The notes under the pieces are model-generated. The model was not told the origin of the DNA. It searched no databases and saw only the letters and a list, made by a program, of their open reading frames with translations. From positions 1 through 30,337 of the IMG/VR virus record IMGVR_UViG_3300025718_000221: DNA of 30,337 bases; one strand, 5' to 3'. Made by a program: the position numbers and the translations under genes. Source of the stretch: a virus (lineage: Duplodnaviria; Caudoviricetes). Below, piece after piece: positions 16,103-26,508 of this stretch. Every line of letters starts with the position of its first letter. The first letter of the stretch is position 1.

Positions 16103-16389
16103 TGATTAGAGATAATGAGTATTATGAAAATGTTAAAAACTGGACTATACAAGATGCTGAAGAAAGAGGAATCAAGGCTGAATACGAAGAAGAAATGAAA
16201 TATATAAAATATGTAAATCTATTTGATAGTGATGAGTTATTACAAAAAATTGATGATTTGCAATTAACAACTATGCAGTTTAAAAGAAATAGAGAAGATA
16301 TTTTCATAAAGGGACAATTGATGGACGTAATAAATAATTTAATATTATATATATTTGAAAATACAAAAAATGAAAGTGAGGGTAAATAA
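16102..16389 (+). CDS. Hypothetical phage protein
   Basis: Translationally coupled (TAATG), AAGGTG RBS. Confidence 0.7.
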   Translation: MIRDNEYYENVKNWTIQDAEERGIKAEYEEEMKYIKYVNLFDSDELLQKIDDLQLTTMQFKRNREDIFIKGQLMDVINNLILYIFENTKNESEGK

Positions 16390-16391
16390 TA

Positions 16392-16898
16392 ATGGAAAGA
16401 ATTAATTTAAGTGATTTTAAATCGGTGTCTAAATTCAAAATAATTGATGGCGTATTTAGTAAAGTTGCAAAGAGATTAGAGGGTAAGGAACTAGAATTCT
16501 ACGGCATAAATAGTGACATAATGGAGGAATTAAAAGGTAAAGAAGTTACTGATAATGATTTAGAATTTATGTTTAATTTAATACCAGTTATTTCTAATGT
16601 TGATACAGATATTACGTTTGTTGAATTCGAGAAAATGTGTAAAATTCCTTCAATTCAATTTGCAGGATACATGGACTTACTTGTTGTACATTTTAAGGAA
16701 TTATTTGAGACTGCAAAGAAATTTGAGGATTTAAATAAAAGTGTTATAACTACCGTAAAAGATTTAGGATTAGAAACCCCAAAGACCAAAGAGGAAATAT
16801 TAGAAGATTTATACAAAGAGTTAGAATCTGTTAAAGATAAATTAAAGAAAAGAGAAATAATAAAAAAGATTAGTGAATTAGATGCTATAAATGAGTAA
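16392..16898 (+). CDS. Hypothetical phage protein, possible tail assembly chaperone
   Basis: Acidic and helical, 168 aa, two genes before the tape measure; function inferred from position only. Confidence 0.55.
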   Translation: MERINLSDFKSVSKFKIIDGVFSKVAKRLEGKELEFYGINSDIMEELKGKEVTDNDLEFMFNLIPVISNVDTDITFVEFEKMCKIPSIQFAGYMDLLVVHFKELFETAKKFEDLNKSVITTVKDLGLETPKTKEEILEDLYKELESVKDKLKKREIIKKISELDAINE

Positions 16899-17307
16899 TG
16901 AGGCTGATGAATTTGAAAAATATATAGTTCTTCAAATTACAATGCAATTAAAAGAAATCATGGCTGATGCTAAAAATATATTAAAAAGAAATGTAGAAAA
17001 TGAAGTATATAATTCATATAGTCCAGTTCAATATAATAGGACAAACGACCTATTAAGTTCAATTGAGAATGTATTTACTCTAAGTGAGGGTATTATATAT
17101 TTTAATTCGTCTGCTATAGGTCATACAGATAATATGTATAATCCAGTTGGAGATTACACTCCAAAATGGATTGACATGGGACATAAGGACTCTACAGGTA
17201 TTGATAACATGTATCATAATTATCCTGCAAGAAATTTTATACAACTTACTATAGATGAACTTGAAGAGAAGTATGGTAAAGATTGTGTTATTAGATTAGA
17301 TAATTAA
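16891..17307 (+). CDS. Putative tail completion / neck protein (HK97 gp10-like)
   Basis: VY..Y.P..Y.RT..L..SI and YPARNFI patterns resemble gp10-like RTG.L..S and P.RPF motifs. Confidence 0.55.
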   Translation: MSNEADEFEKYIVLQITMQLKEIMADAKNILKRNVENEVYNSYSPVQYNRTNDLLSSIENVFTLSEGIIYFNSSAIGHTDNMYNPVGDYTPKWIDMGHKDSTGIDNMYHNYPARNFIQLTIDELEEKYGKDCVIRLDN

Positions 17308-17332
17308 GTAACTAGGAATGGTTACTTTTTTT
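17306..17332 (+). terminator. Intrinsic terminator before the tape measure gene
   Basis: aagtaacta-ggaa-tggttactt followed by a T run. Confidence 0.7.
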
Positions 17333-17439
17333 ATGTTGTTTTAAAATAGACAAAAAATTGTATGTTTATTTTTGTGATTTTGTAACATACCTAAATATGA
17401 AAAAAAATCATAAAAATAAGTATACAAGGAGATGGAATA

Positions 17440-20400
17440 ATGTACGGAATCAAGACAAGTTTAGATTTAAATAGTGTGAAACTAGTTAAAACACAATTTA
17501 CAACTCTTTTAAAAGAAATGCAGAACATTGCTAATAAAAATGTAATACAAATAAAAGTTGGGAACATGAATAATCAACTTAATCAAACTACTTCAGGACT
17601 TTCAAATATGAATACTCAAGCAAAAAGTTTTGGTTCTAATATGCAATATGCAATTGGTCAAGTGGCTAAATTTGCTATTGGAATGACGGCAGTATATGGA
17701 ACAGTAAGACTTGTAAAAGAGGGTATTCAAGAAATTGCTGATATAAATAAAAGTAATGTAAATATTGCAATGATAACGAACCAAGATGTTGCTACAGTGG
17801 AGAAAATGAATTCAACTTATTTAGAAATGGCTCAAAATTTAAAAGTAGTTAATAGTGAAGTTTTAAATGGCTCAGAGGCATGGTTGAGGTCTGGCGTAGA
17901 TAACGCTACGGCAAACAAAAACTTAGAAACAACTACTAAATTATCTAAAATCGCGGGCGTTTCAAATAAGGAAATGAGTGATAGTTTGATTGTAATAAGT
18001 AATCAGTACAAACTTAATAGTACAGATTTAGAGGCGTATGCTTCAAAGGTTGCGTTATTGGATAATACTTCTGCTTCTAGCTCTGAAAAAATCAACTCTG
18101 CCATGCAATTTTCAGCAGAGACATTTAAAGCCACTGGAATTAATATGGATGATGCCCTTGCAATGGTCACAAATTATAGCGAAAAATCAGCTAAGGCGGG
18201 TACAGAAATTGGCAATGGATTTAAGGGCATGTTGCTTAATTTCACCAAAATGAAACTAGGATTCAATAGTGGTGATGATGAAGAAGTCGGAGCGGTAAAC
18301 AAACTTGAAACATTATTGAATAGTAAAGGAATTGCACTCAGAAAAAATAAAGATGAATGGAATAATTTAGGAGATGTAATTAAAAAGATACAACAGAATA
18401 TGGGTTCATTTACAGATGTTCAGAAATCACAACTTTCTTTTTTGATAGGTGGTAAGGAACAAGCGGAATTAACATTAAGCACATTAAATAATATGACAAG
18501 AATAAATGAATTAAAAAATAAAATACAAGCTGATGATGGGGCGCAAGCATTGAATGAATCTTATTCAAAATATCTGACTTCCATTGAAGCAAAAAAAGCA
18601 GAACTAAAGAATACTTTAACACAACTTTGGACTAAAACAATAACAAGTGAGTCTCTTAAAGATGCAATATCAGGACTAACAGAAATTGTAAAGGTAACAG
18701 AATTCCTTATAACAGATTCTAAACTATTAATTGCTACATATATCGGTTTAATATTAGCTATAAAGAATTTTGGAGCTTTGAAATTTGCAATTGGAGAAGT
18801 AACTGCATTTATGAGTTTACTTAAAACAGAGGGTGCTGAGACTTTACTCTTATTGAATTTTAATCCAGTTATATTAGCTATAACGGCTTTAACGGCAGTA
18901 ATTGGAGTAGTTATCTATGAACAGTATAAACATTCTAAGCAAGTAAAAGAACTTAAAACAGAGTATGAGGGACTTTCTAAAGCTATGAGCGAAATGGACA
19001 ACAAAGGAATAGTAGAAAATACAACAAAACTAAAAGAACAACAAAAAGAATTAGAGAAATTAGCACAACTAGCAACTGTTAAAACAGATTTAGGATATGG
19101 AGTTAAAGATGATTCAGGTCAAAGAAATTTAGATAAATTTGTTAAAACTCTTGAGGAGGCAGGGTTCCATGTAGATTTAGCTAAAAATAAAATAGTTGAG
19201 TTAGGAGTTGCAGAAAGCAATATTGCAACAAATAGTGCCGTTACTAAAATTCAAGATAAAACAAATTTAACAATTGAAGAGGCGAATCAAACTCAAAGTT
19301 TAATAGGACAATATCAAAGTTTAGCTCAGGAAGAAAATAAATCAGCAGATAAGAAAAAATTATTATCAGGTTTAAGTCAACAATTAGTTGGACGAGTTCA
19401 AGGACTTACAACAAGCATTGATAAGAATGGCAATATGGTAATTACTAATACAGATTTACTAGGTGGACAAGTTGATGCTCTTGAAGTTTTAAAGATGGCA
19501 AGTACCCAAACGGCGAACACTGAGATACAAAATGCTATTGCTACTGCACAATATATGTCTGAGGGAACAATGCAAACACTTGATGATATGAAGAAGAAAT
19601 TACAAGGATATCAAGCGTTATCTTCAGCACTTGCAAATACAGATGCAGGGAAGTCGGGATTCTTTGATACTCAAATAACGGGATTAGATATGGGAGTTGC
19701 AAATATGACAAACTCTATAAGTGCAATTGAGGCTTTAAAGAGTAAATTTTCAATGAAAGCTCCAACAATTTCAAGTTCTTCAACGACTGGTAGTGGTGGA
19801 TATATGGCTGATGATACTAAGGATGCAACTAAAGCAACTGAAGGACTTACTGATGCCGAGAAGAGATTAGCCAGTGCTACTAAACAAGCAAATAATGCTG
19901 TAAAAGATTATGACACCAGTATGTCAAAATTGAACATTTTAATGAAGGTTCAAGATAACAGTCTTGCTGATTTGAATAAAAATAGTAAGGAATATCGTGA
20001 GGGATTACAAGCTAAAGCTAAATTAATTCAACAAGAAATTACACTTACGCAAAAAAGTATTAGTGTAAATACTGCAAACGCAAAATTATTAACAAGCATG
20101 GAGGGTTCAGCTAGTTCATCAACTAGTAGTTCAAGTTCAGCAGGGAGTACATATAATGGAACTGGAACATATAAAGGTAATTATGCAAATGGTAAATATG
20201 CAAATTGGATAAATGAAGCAGGAGCTAAATATGGAATCTCGCCTACGCTACTAGCCGGCATGATACAAACTGAAAGTGGGTTTAATCCCAATGCAAAAAA
20301 TAAATCGAGCGGAGCTACGGGCTTGGCTCAATTTTTGTCCAGTACTGCAAAAGATGAAGGACTTGCTGACAGAACTGACCCACAATCTTCTATATTTGCT

Positions 20401-22032
20401 ATGGCTAAATATCTAAAGAAACGTATAGGATGGAGCGGTGGAAACGTTCAAAAGGGCATTCAAGGTTATGGGGAAGGAACTTTAGCATATTACAATAAAG
20501 TTATGGCTAATGTGCCTACTTCTAGTGGTTCTAGTTATGTTTCTAGTGGAGTTAGTAGTGTAGATTCTAGCACAACTGATGGTGGTTCTGATGGAATATT
20601 ATCTAAAATTGAGACTGAAAAATCTTCACTAATTGATATGCAAAAAGAATTATTAGCAATTCCATATCAGATTTTTCAAAGTGTTCTTGGAGAGTACGAT
20701 GACCGTGTTGCAGATATCACAACTAAAATTGGAATACTTCAAAATGAATCTGAACAAAGTCAAAGTGGAACAACTCGATTAAATAATTCTGTAAAAGAAA
20801 ATGTTTTACTCAAAGAAGAAATGTCTCTAACGCAAGAAAAGGAAAGATTTATTAGAAGAGAAATTGACAGTAGAAAATATACAAATGCACAAGTTGCAGA
20901 AATGAATACAGAATTATTAGGAGTTTTGAGTACAGAACAAGATATTTATACGTCTTTAAGACAACAAGAAGCTGATAGACTTGCTATTATCGCAACAGCT
21001 GAATCTAAAGTAACTGAAATAATACAAAAGCAAGTTGAATTAAGAAAGAAAGCAATTACTGACCAGTATGATACTGAGAAGAAAGCATTAGAAGATACTC
21101 AAGCATTATATAATAAAACAAATACTACAGATGATTATAATAAGAATCTTAAAACAGAGCAATCTGCATTAAGTGATATAAACGCTGAAATTACATCTGC
21201 AAGTAGAGACACAAGTTTCTCAGGTCAAGCTAGATTAAAAACATTAAATGAATCAAAGACAACGCAACAGGCAGTAATTGATGAAATGGTATTAAATCGT
21301 GGTAGAGATGTTAATAATGAAAATTTTGATACGGCTTCAACTAATTTAGATACTCAACAACAAGATAAATTAGATGCACTCGATGTTAAATATTCGGATG
21401 AAGAAATTGCTAAAATGAGCGCTAATGCAGTGCAAAGTGGACAAATGAGAGATTTAAATGACAATATTATATCAATTACTCAAGCTTATGTAAACTTTGA
21501 AAATGAGTTTGGAGAAGGAATGAAAGCTTCAGGCGAATCTGTAAAGGTGAATTTAATCGCTGTGCTAACAGAGGCTAAGGGGTTATTTAAAGTATTAGCA
21601 GATTATGGTGCTATTAGTCCAACTACAGGGAAATTACCAGGATTTAAAGAGGGGTTAGATAATGTACCATATGATGATTTTGAAGCAAGATTACACAAAG
21701 ACGAAGGAGTTTTAACTGCACCTGAAAATGTTCAATGGAAGAAGATTAAAGCAATGGGAATATTGAACGATTTGGGGAATGCAACTACTGGAATTACACA
21801 AAGTAATAAAGCAATGAATTTTAGTATTCCTAAAATGAATAGTGTTGATATGAGTAGTGTTGGAAGTAGTAAAAGTGCAGGAGTAACATTTAATGAGCCT
21901 TTGATTTCAATAGCAGGAAATGTTGATTCAAACATGATGCCTGATTTGAATGCTTTGGTATCTAAAGCTAGTGATATGGTTGTAACTAAAATTAATGGAG
22001 TATTTTCAGATTTTGGACTAAATAACCACTAA
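17440..22032 (+). CDS. Tail tape measure protein with lytic transglycosylase (SLT) domain
   Basis: 1530 aa, TP901-type N-terminal core (EIGNGFKGM), hydrophobic segments, coiled coils; SLT motifs MIQTESGFNPNA..SGATGLAQF at about 20200-20510 between Ser-rich linkers. Confidence 0.92.
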   Translation: MYGIKTSLDLNSVKLVKTQFTTLLKEMQNIANKNVIQIKVGNMNNQLNQTTSGLSNMNTQAKSFGSNMQYAIGQVAKFAIGMTAVYGTVRLVKEGIQEIADINKSNVNIAMITNQDVATVEKMNSTYLEMAQNLKVVNSEVLNGSEAWLRSGVDNATANKNLETTTKLSKIAGVSNKEMSDSLIVISNQYKLNSTDLEAYASKVALLDNTSASSSEKINSAMQFSAETFKATGINMDDALAMVTNYSEKSAKAGTEIGNGFKGMLLNFTKMKLGFNSGDDEEVGAVNKLETLLNSKGIALRKNKDEWNNLGDVIKKIQQNMGSFTDVQKSQLSFLIGGKEQAELTLSTLNNMTRINELKNKIQADDGAQALNESYSKYLTSIEAKKAELKNTLTQLWTKTITSESLKDAISGLTEIVKVTEFLITDSKLLIATYIGLILAIKNFGALKFAIGEVTAFMSLLKTEGAETLLLLNFNPVILAITALTAVIGVVIYEQYKHSKQVKELKTEYEGLSKAMSEMDNKGIVENTTKLKEQQKELEKLAQLATVKTDLGYGVKDDSGQRNLDKFVKTLEEAGFHVDLAKNKIVELGVAESNIATNSAVTKIQDKTNLTIEEANQTQSLIGQYQSLAQEENKSADKKKLLSGLSQQLVGRVQGLTTSIDKNGNMVITNTDLLGGQVDALEVLKMASTQTANTEIQNAIATAQYMSEGTMQTLDDMKKKLQGYQALSSALANTDAGKSGFFDTQITGLDMGVANMTNSISAIEALKSKFSMKAPTISSSSTTGSGGYMADDTKDATKATEGLTDAEKRLASATKQANNAVKDYDTSMSKLNILMKVQDNSLADLNKNSKEYREGLQAKAKLIQQEITLTQKSISVNTANAKLLTSMEGSASSSTSSSSSAGSTYNGTGTYKGNYANGKYANWINEAGAKYGISPTLLAGMIQTESGFNPNAKNKSSGATGLAQFLSSTAKDEGLADRTDPQSSIFAMAKYLKKRIGWSGGNVQKGIQGYGEGTLAYYNKVMANVPTSSGSSYVSSGVSSVDSSTTDGGSDGILSKIETEKSSLIDMQKELLAIPYQIFQSVLGEYDDRVADITTKIGILQNESEQSQSGTTRLNNSVKENVLLKEEMSLTQEKERFIRREIDSRKYTNAQVAEMNTELLGVLSTEQDIYTSLRQQEADRLAIIATAESKVTEIIQKQVELRKKAITDQYDTEKKALEDTQALYNKTNTTDDYNKNLKTEQSALSDINAEITSASRDTSFSGQARLKTLNESKTTQQAVIDEMVLNRGRDVNNENFDTASTNLDTQQQDKLDALDVKYSDEEIAKMSANAVQSGQMRDLNDNIISITQAYVNFENEFGEGMKASGESVKVNLIAVLTEAKGLFKVLADYGAISPTTGKLPGFKEGLDNVPYDDFEARLHKDEGVLTAPENVQWKKIKAMGILNDLGNATTGITQSNKAMNFSIPKMNSVDMSSVGSSKSAGVTFNEPLISIAGNVDSNMMPDLNALVSKASDMVVTKINGVFSDFGLNNH

Positions 22033-22112
22033 AGACAGTTAGAGGAGAATTAAAACGCTCCTCTTATTACTATGAATATAATTAATTAAAAATATAGAGG
22101 AGGCAACAAAAA

Positions 22113-22895
22113 ATGAGTTTTATGTCAACAGATTTTGAATGGAACGGTCAAGACAATTTATCACAAGGAATAATGCTGGTTAAACTTGATGGAGGCAATA
22201 TTACTCAATTGTTGTCGTCAGAAAAAACATTTATAACTGAACATGTTAGGTTTAAAAAAACTAGCTTTTACGGAACTGATTTAGGTACATACAAACTTTC
22301 ATTTCAAGTTATGAAAATAGGAAATGACCAAGAGCCGTTTGATAATTTTGAACGTATGGATTTAATGCAATTTTTCGCACCTGATAATAATTTCCATTGT
22401 TTTACAAGTGCCGACTTCCCAGATATCGAGTTTTGGGTACAGTTCTCAAAAACACAATTTATTAGTTTTAGACAAAATGTGGGAATTTTTGAACTCGAAT
22501 GTGTAAGTAACGCACCATATCCTTATGCACCTATGATGTATGTTAATTATGAAGCAAGTCCAAGTTCACAAATAATTGAAATATCAAATAATAGTAATGT
22601 TGATGCATATTTCACACCGAATGTTTTTACTTTCACATTAACAGGGAATGCAACAAGTTTTTCACTAGCTAATAATTCTAATTGTGGTAAAATTCTTTCC
22701 TTTACTGGACTGGATTTAAATGAAAGTATCAGCATAAATTCAAAGCAAGAAATAATTTCAAGCACTGGTAAACAGAGAATAAGCAATTTTAATTTTGGTT
22801 ATGATGCATTAAAACTTAGGTATGGAATTAACAGACTTCAAATATCTGCTAATGCTGAAGTAGAGTTTAAAATGCAATTTCCAATACAAATATAA
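22113..22895 (+). CDS. Distal tail protein (Dit)
   Basis: 260 aa directly after the TMP; N-terminal DFEWNG, APYPY and C-terminal LKLRYGINRLQI patterns. Confidence 0.8.
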   Translation: MSFMSTDFEWNGQDNLSQGIMLVKLDGGNITQLLSSEKTFITEHVRFKKTSFYGTDLGTYKLSFQVMKIGNDQEPFDNFERMDLMQFFAPDNNFHCFTSADFPDIEFWVQFSKTQFISFRQNVGIFELECVSNAPYPYAPMMYVNYEASPSSQIIEISNNSNVDAYFTPNVFTFTLTGNATSFSLANNSNCGKILSFTGLDLNESISINSKQEIISSTGKQRISNFNFGYDALKLRYGINRLQISANAEVEFKMQFPIQI

Positions 22896-22913
22896 GAATC
22901 AAGAGGAGGAAAC

Positions 22914-25517
22914 ATGGATTTATTTGAGAATGTAATTTTAGATATAAATAAAAAGTACGACTATTCGCTAATACAAACGATGAAGAGTAGACAACCTATA
23001 AATTTTTTAAGCACTGCATTTAATCGAACACTATCGCCAACTATTGAAGGAATTTCAAGTCTTAAATTTGATATTCCAAAAACTGTAGAAGATGATATTA
23101 CGCATGAAATTATAGATAATATTCAGTACGACTCTATTAAAACAGAGAATCTAATATTATTAAAAGTTGGAGACATAGCAGACCCTATATCTCAATCATA
23201 TTACATAATTAAAAATGTATCTGAATCTACAGATGCAATGACTATTAGTGTTGAATGTAAAAGTTTAGAGTCAAAATTAAATAATGATCTCATAACAATT
23301 ACTGGCATTGAAAGACAATTAGTAAATGATGTTGATAAAGATGGCATATTAGATATGATTGAACAACAAACAAGTTGGAGAATTGGTCATGTCGATGAAT
23401 CATTAAAATATGATGTAATAAATGGAGGAACTAGTCCCCGTTATAGGTGGATTTCTGATTTATCTAAACCAATATTACAATTTTTAAAAGATGATATAGC
23501 AAAAGCTTTTAAAGTTCTATTTATGTTTGATACATATAATAAATTAATTAATTGCTATGATAATGAGAATTTTGGAAGTGATACTGGAATAATTTTATCA
23601 GATGAAAATTATTTGAAAAGTCTTGTTAAAGATACAAAAGGTGAGAGTATTTGTACAAGACTTGAGGTATCAGGAGACAATAATCTTTCTATAAATAGTG
23701 TCACGCTTGATGGAAGTAGTTATGTTACAAATTATGATTATTACATAGCAAGTGGACAAATGAGTGAAGAACTCGTATTAGCTTTGGGCTATTATAATGC
23801 TTTACTTGTTCAAAAAGATACTGAATTTAAAGTATTAAAGACTCAATTAGATACTATAGAGCAATCTTTAGTAACAAAGAATACTGAGTTAGATACTTTA
23901 AATATATTAAAAACAGGATTAGCACTTATTCAGACTAATTATATTGTTACAAAAGATGCTACCAATTTAACTACTGCTACTCTGAATTGCAATAATAACA
24001 AGACTGCAATTGCTAATAAGAATGCAGAAATTACTAATTTGAATAATCAAGTTACGGCAACTAATGTATTAATGGCAGTAATTGCAACAGATATTAATAA
24101 AAGTAATGCAAAGAAAATAGGTACAAGTATATTGATATTTAATGATGATACTAGAATTGAATTGGAAGACTGGACTCTAACTGAACAATGGTCAAGTTCT
24201 GTATATACAACTCCTTCTCAATTAAAGAAAGCAAGTGAAGATGTATTAAAAGAATATCATATACCCACTACTGAATATCAAGTTAGTTTAATAGACTTTT
24301 ATAGTCAACCTGATGCACAACATATTTGGGATAAGATTAAATTAGGTAACTTAATTAGAGTTTATTCTCCTAAGATTAAAACTAATATTGATTTAAGGAT
24401 TGTTGCATATTCTTATAATATTGATACTAATAGTTTATCTATTGATTTTAGTAATAAGAATAAGAAATCTGATGATTTAAATGCTATAGGACAGAAAATG
24501 ACTCAAGCAATTACGGTAGGAAAATATGTAAATACTAAGAAACTGGATTGGAACTTGATACGGGGAACGGCAGGGGCAGTAAAGTTGTTTACTGAAAATT
24601 CGCTTGATATGGCTAAACAGAATGTTATTGGGTCAGCAGGATATAATAAGGTTGAAATTTCCGAGAATGGTCAAAAAATTTCTGATACAAGAGACCCTGA
24701 TAAACAACTCTTGTTAGTTGCAGGCACGCTAGTTACAACTTCAGATAATTTGGAAACTGTAGATTCTTATATCTCAACAGATGGCATAGCAGGCGAATTT
24801 ATTATAGGTAAAATTATTATAGGTGAAAATCTCTACATAGAAAATGAATCTTCCACCTTTAGAGTTGATGAAACAGGAGTAACTATTACAGATTCTTCAA
24901 AAATAGATTTAACAGAAAATGCTCAATTCCAAGTTATGTCAGAATCTATAACAAGTCAAGTAAGCCAAGGTGAATTTGATACTTATACTTCTCAAACTGC
25001 ACAAGAAATAAGTGCAAAATTAACAACTTCAACGTTATCAACTGAAATACAAGCTAGAGCAGGAGATGTGCAAATTGCTTTTAATAACATTGATGGAAAT
25101 ATATCAAACAAGTTAGGCAAGTTTAATATTATAAATGGTGCAATTAATGTAACTAATGGAAGTAATGTAGTTGTTATTGATGGAACTCATAATATGCACA
25201 AAATATTAACAAGTGGAACAGTTACATTAAGTTTGGCACAAGGAGAAACAAATAAAACAGTAGATGTTTACCACAATCTAGGGTACAGTCCTTGCCACAC
25301 TGCTTACATATTAAATGCAGGAGGAGACGTATCTTTGTTAGGACTTGGAAGTTATGTAGCAGACCCGAATAATGATACTTTTTTAGGTATGACTAAAATG
25401 ACTAGATGTTGGGTTAACACTACTAGAATACAATTTAATGTAATAAGAAGTATTAATGAAAGTCCTGCAAATACAACAACACTCAGATATTATTTATATA
25501 AGGAGGTAGCAATTTAA
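22914..25517 (+). CDS. Tail hub/spike (Tal, prophage endopeptidase-tail-like) with coiled coil and putative receptor-binding C-terminus
   Basis: Follows Dit; SLKFDIPK, WRIGHVD, ICTRLEVSG, IKLGNLIRV motifs; beta-rich C-terminus with HNLGYSP. Confidence 0.8.
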   Translation: MDLFENVILDINKKYDYSLIQTMKSRQPINFLSTAFNRTLSPTIEGISSLKFDIPKTVEDDITHEIIDNIQYDSIKTENLILLKVGDIADPISQSYYIIKNVSESTDAMTISVECKSLESKLNNDLITITGIERQLVNDVDKDGILDMIEQQTSWRIGHVDESLKYDVINGGTSPRYRWISDLSKPILQFLKDDIAKAFKVLFMFDTYNKLINCYDNENFGSDTGIILSDENYLKSLVKDTKGESICTRLEVSGDNNLSINSVTLDGSSYVTNYDYYIASGQMSEELVLALGYYNALLVQKDTEFKVLKTQLDTIEQSLVTKNTELDTLNILKTGLALIQTNYIVTKDATNLTTATLNCNNNKTAIANKNAEITNLNNQVTATNVLMAVIATDINKSNAKKIGTSILIFNDDTRIELEDWTLTEQWSSSVYTTPSQLKKASEDVLKEYHIPTTEYQVSLIDFYSQPDAQHIWDKIKLGNLIRVYSPKIKTNIDLRIVAYSYNIDTNSLSIDFSNKNKKSDDLNAIGQKMTQAITVGKYVNTKKLDWNLIRGTAGAVKLFTENSLDMAKQNVIGSAGYNKVEISENGQKISDTRDPDKQLLLVAGTLVTTSDNLETVDSYISTDGIAGEFIIGKIIIGENLYIENESSTFRVDETGVTITDSSKIDLTENAQFQVMSESITSQVSQGEFDTYTSQTAQEISAKLTTSTLSTEIQARAGDVQIAFNNIDGNISNKLGKFNIINGAINVTNGSNVVVIDGTHNMHKILTSGTVTLSLAQGETNKTVDVYHNLGYSPCHTAYILNAGGDVSLLGLGSYVADPNNDTFLGMTKMTRCWVNTTRIQFNVIRSINESPANTTTLRYYLYKEVAI

Positions 25518-25741
25518 TGGTTATATATTATAACTTAGAAACAAAACAAATTACAAGAACCGAGGATAATACAATGACTCCTATACTTCCATTCAATGCA
25601 ACATTTGAAGAACAGAAAGCACATTATAAGTCTATAGGTGAAGATTTTATAGGATTACCTTACGAAATGGGTTCATATGTTTATTCGTTTAAATTAGGGT
25701 TTGATGTGGATGGAAATTTTGTGGGTTTGCAATCTAAATAA
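25517..25741 (+). CDS. Small tail-associated hypothetical protein
   Basis: AGGAGG RBS, coupled to the Tal stop. Confidence 0.7.
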   Translation: MVIYYNLETKQITRTEDNTMTPILPFNATFEEQKAHYKSIGEDFIGLPYEMGSYVYSFKLGFDVDGNFVGLQSK

Positions 25742-25766
25742 ATTAAAACAATATATTAATGATAAT

Positions 25767-25797
25767 AAGACGGAGATTAAATTCTACTGTCTTTTTT
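25767..25797 (+). terminator. Probable intrinsic terminator of the tail block
   Basis: aagacgg-aga...tct-actgtctt followed by a T run. Confidence 0.55.
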
Positions 25798-25846
25798 ATT
25801 ATCTAAAAAGAAATACAAAATAAAAAACGAAAGGATTGATTAAATA

Positions 25847-26353
25847 ATGGAAGATGTAAAAGTAGAAGGTCAAGAAGTTGAAATTAAAGTGGAGGTTGTT
25901 AAGCCTGATGATGTGAAAACTGAAGAGGTTAAGGCTGAACCAGTTAAAGAGGAAGTAAAAGTTGAGGAAGAAATAAAAGATGCTGCTAAAGAGGATGTTA
26001 AAACTGATGCTGAAACTAAGTATGATGCAATGGTTGAAAAACTAAGAGTATTAGAAGAATCTAATAAAACTCAGTCAGATTTACTTAATACTGCAAATAT
26101 TAAAAGTACTATCATGGAAAGAGTTCAAGACAAAGAACTCCAAAAAACTATAATGGAAACTGGACTTGTAAAAAGTATTGATGACATAGATATGGTAATG
26201 AAAATCGTTGAAATGTCTAAAGTATTAAATAAAGGTGTTAGTCATGTAGATGGATTTATACCATCTGATGAAGTACAAGCTACAGGATATGAACAAGCCG
26301 AAAAAGAGGGCAACATATTAGCAATGATAACTCATAAGTTAAGTAGAAAATAA
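25847..26353 (+). CDS. Capsid scaffolding protein (putative)
   Basis: Acidic low-complexity N-terminus, coiled coil, C-terminal YEQAEKEGNILAMI..KL; directly upstream of the capsid gene. Confidence 0.7.
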   Translation: MEDVKVEGQEVEIKVEVVKPDDVKTEEVKAEPVKEEVKVEEEIKDAAKEDVKTDAETKYDAMVEKLRVLEESNKTQSDLLNTANIKSTIMERVQDKELQKTIMETGLVKSIDDIDMVMKIVEMSKVLNKGVSHVDGFIPSDEVQATGYEQAEKEGNILAMITHKLSRK

Positions 26354-26369
26354 AAGATAATTAGAATTA

Positions 26370-26402
26370 AAAAGACTATTAACATTTGTTGGTAGTCTTT
26401 TT
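26370..26402 (+). terminator. Intrinsic terminator between scaffold and capsid genes
   Basis: aaaagactattaac-attt-gttggtagtctttt. Confidence 0.7.
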
Positions 26403-26508
26403 ATATACACAAAAATCGTGACTTTTATTAATTAGTCTATAAAGAAATTACTATAAATGTTTTATTGACGGAGCTACGAAAAAGTAGCCATCAAAAGGAG
26501 GAATTTTA

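Noticed and set aside
16862-16873. In-phase A-AAA-AAG slippery site as a tail chaperone G/GT frameshift
   Set aside because: The -1 frame reaches TAG at 16871 immediately, and the next gene is in the +1 frame.
20100-20590. Ser/Gly-rich repeats (tctagt, agttca) in the tape measure gene
   Set aside because: Low-complexity linkers flanking the SLT domain, not a DNA repeat element.
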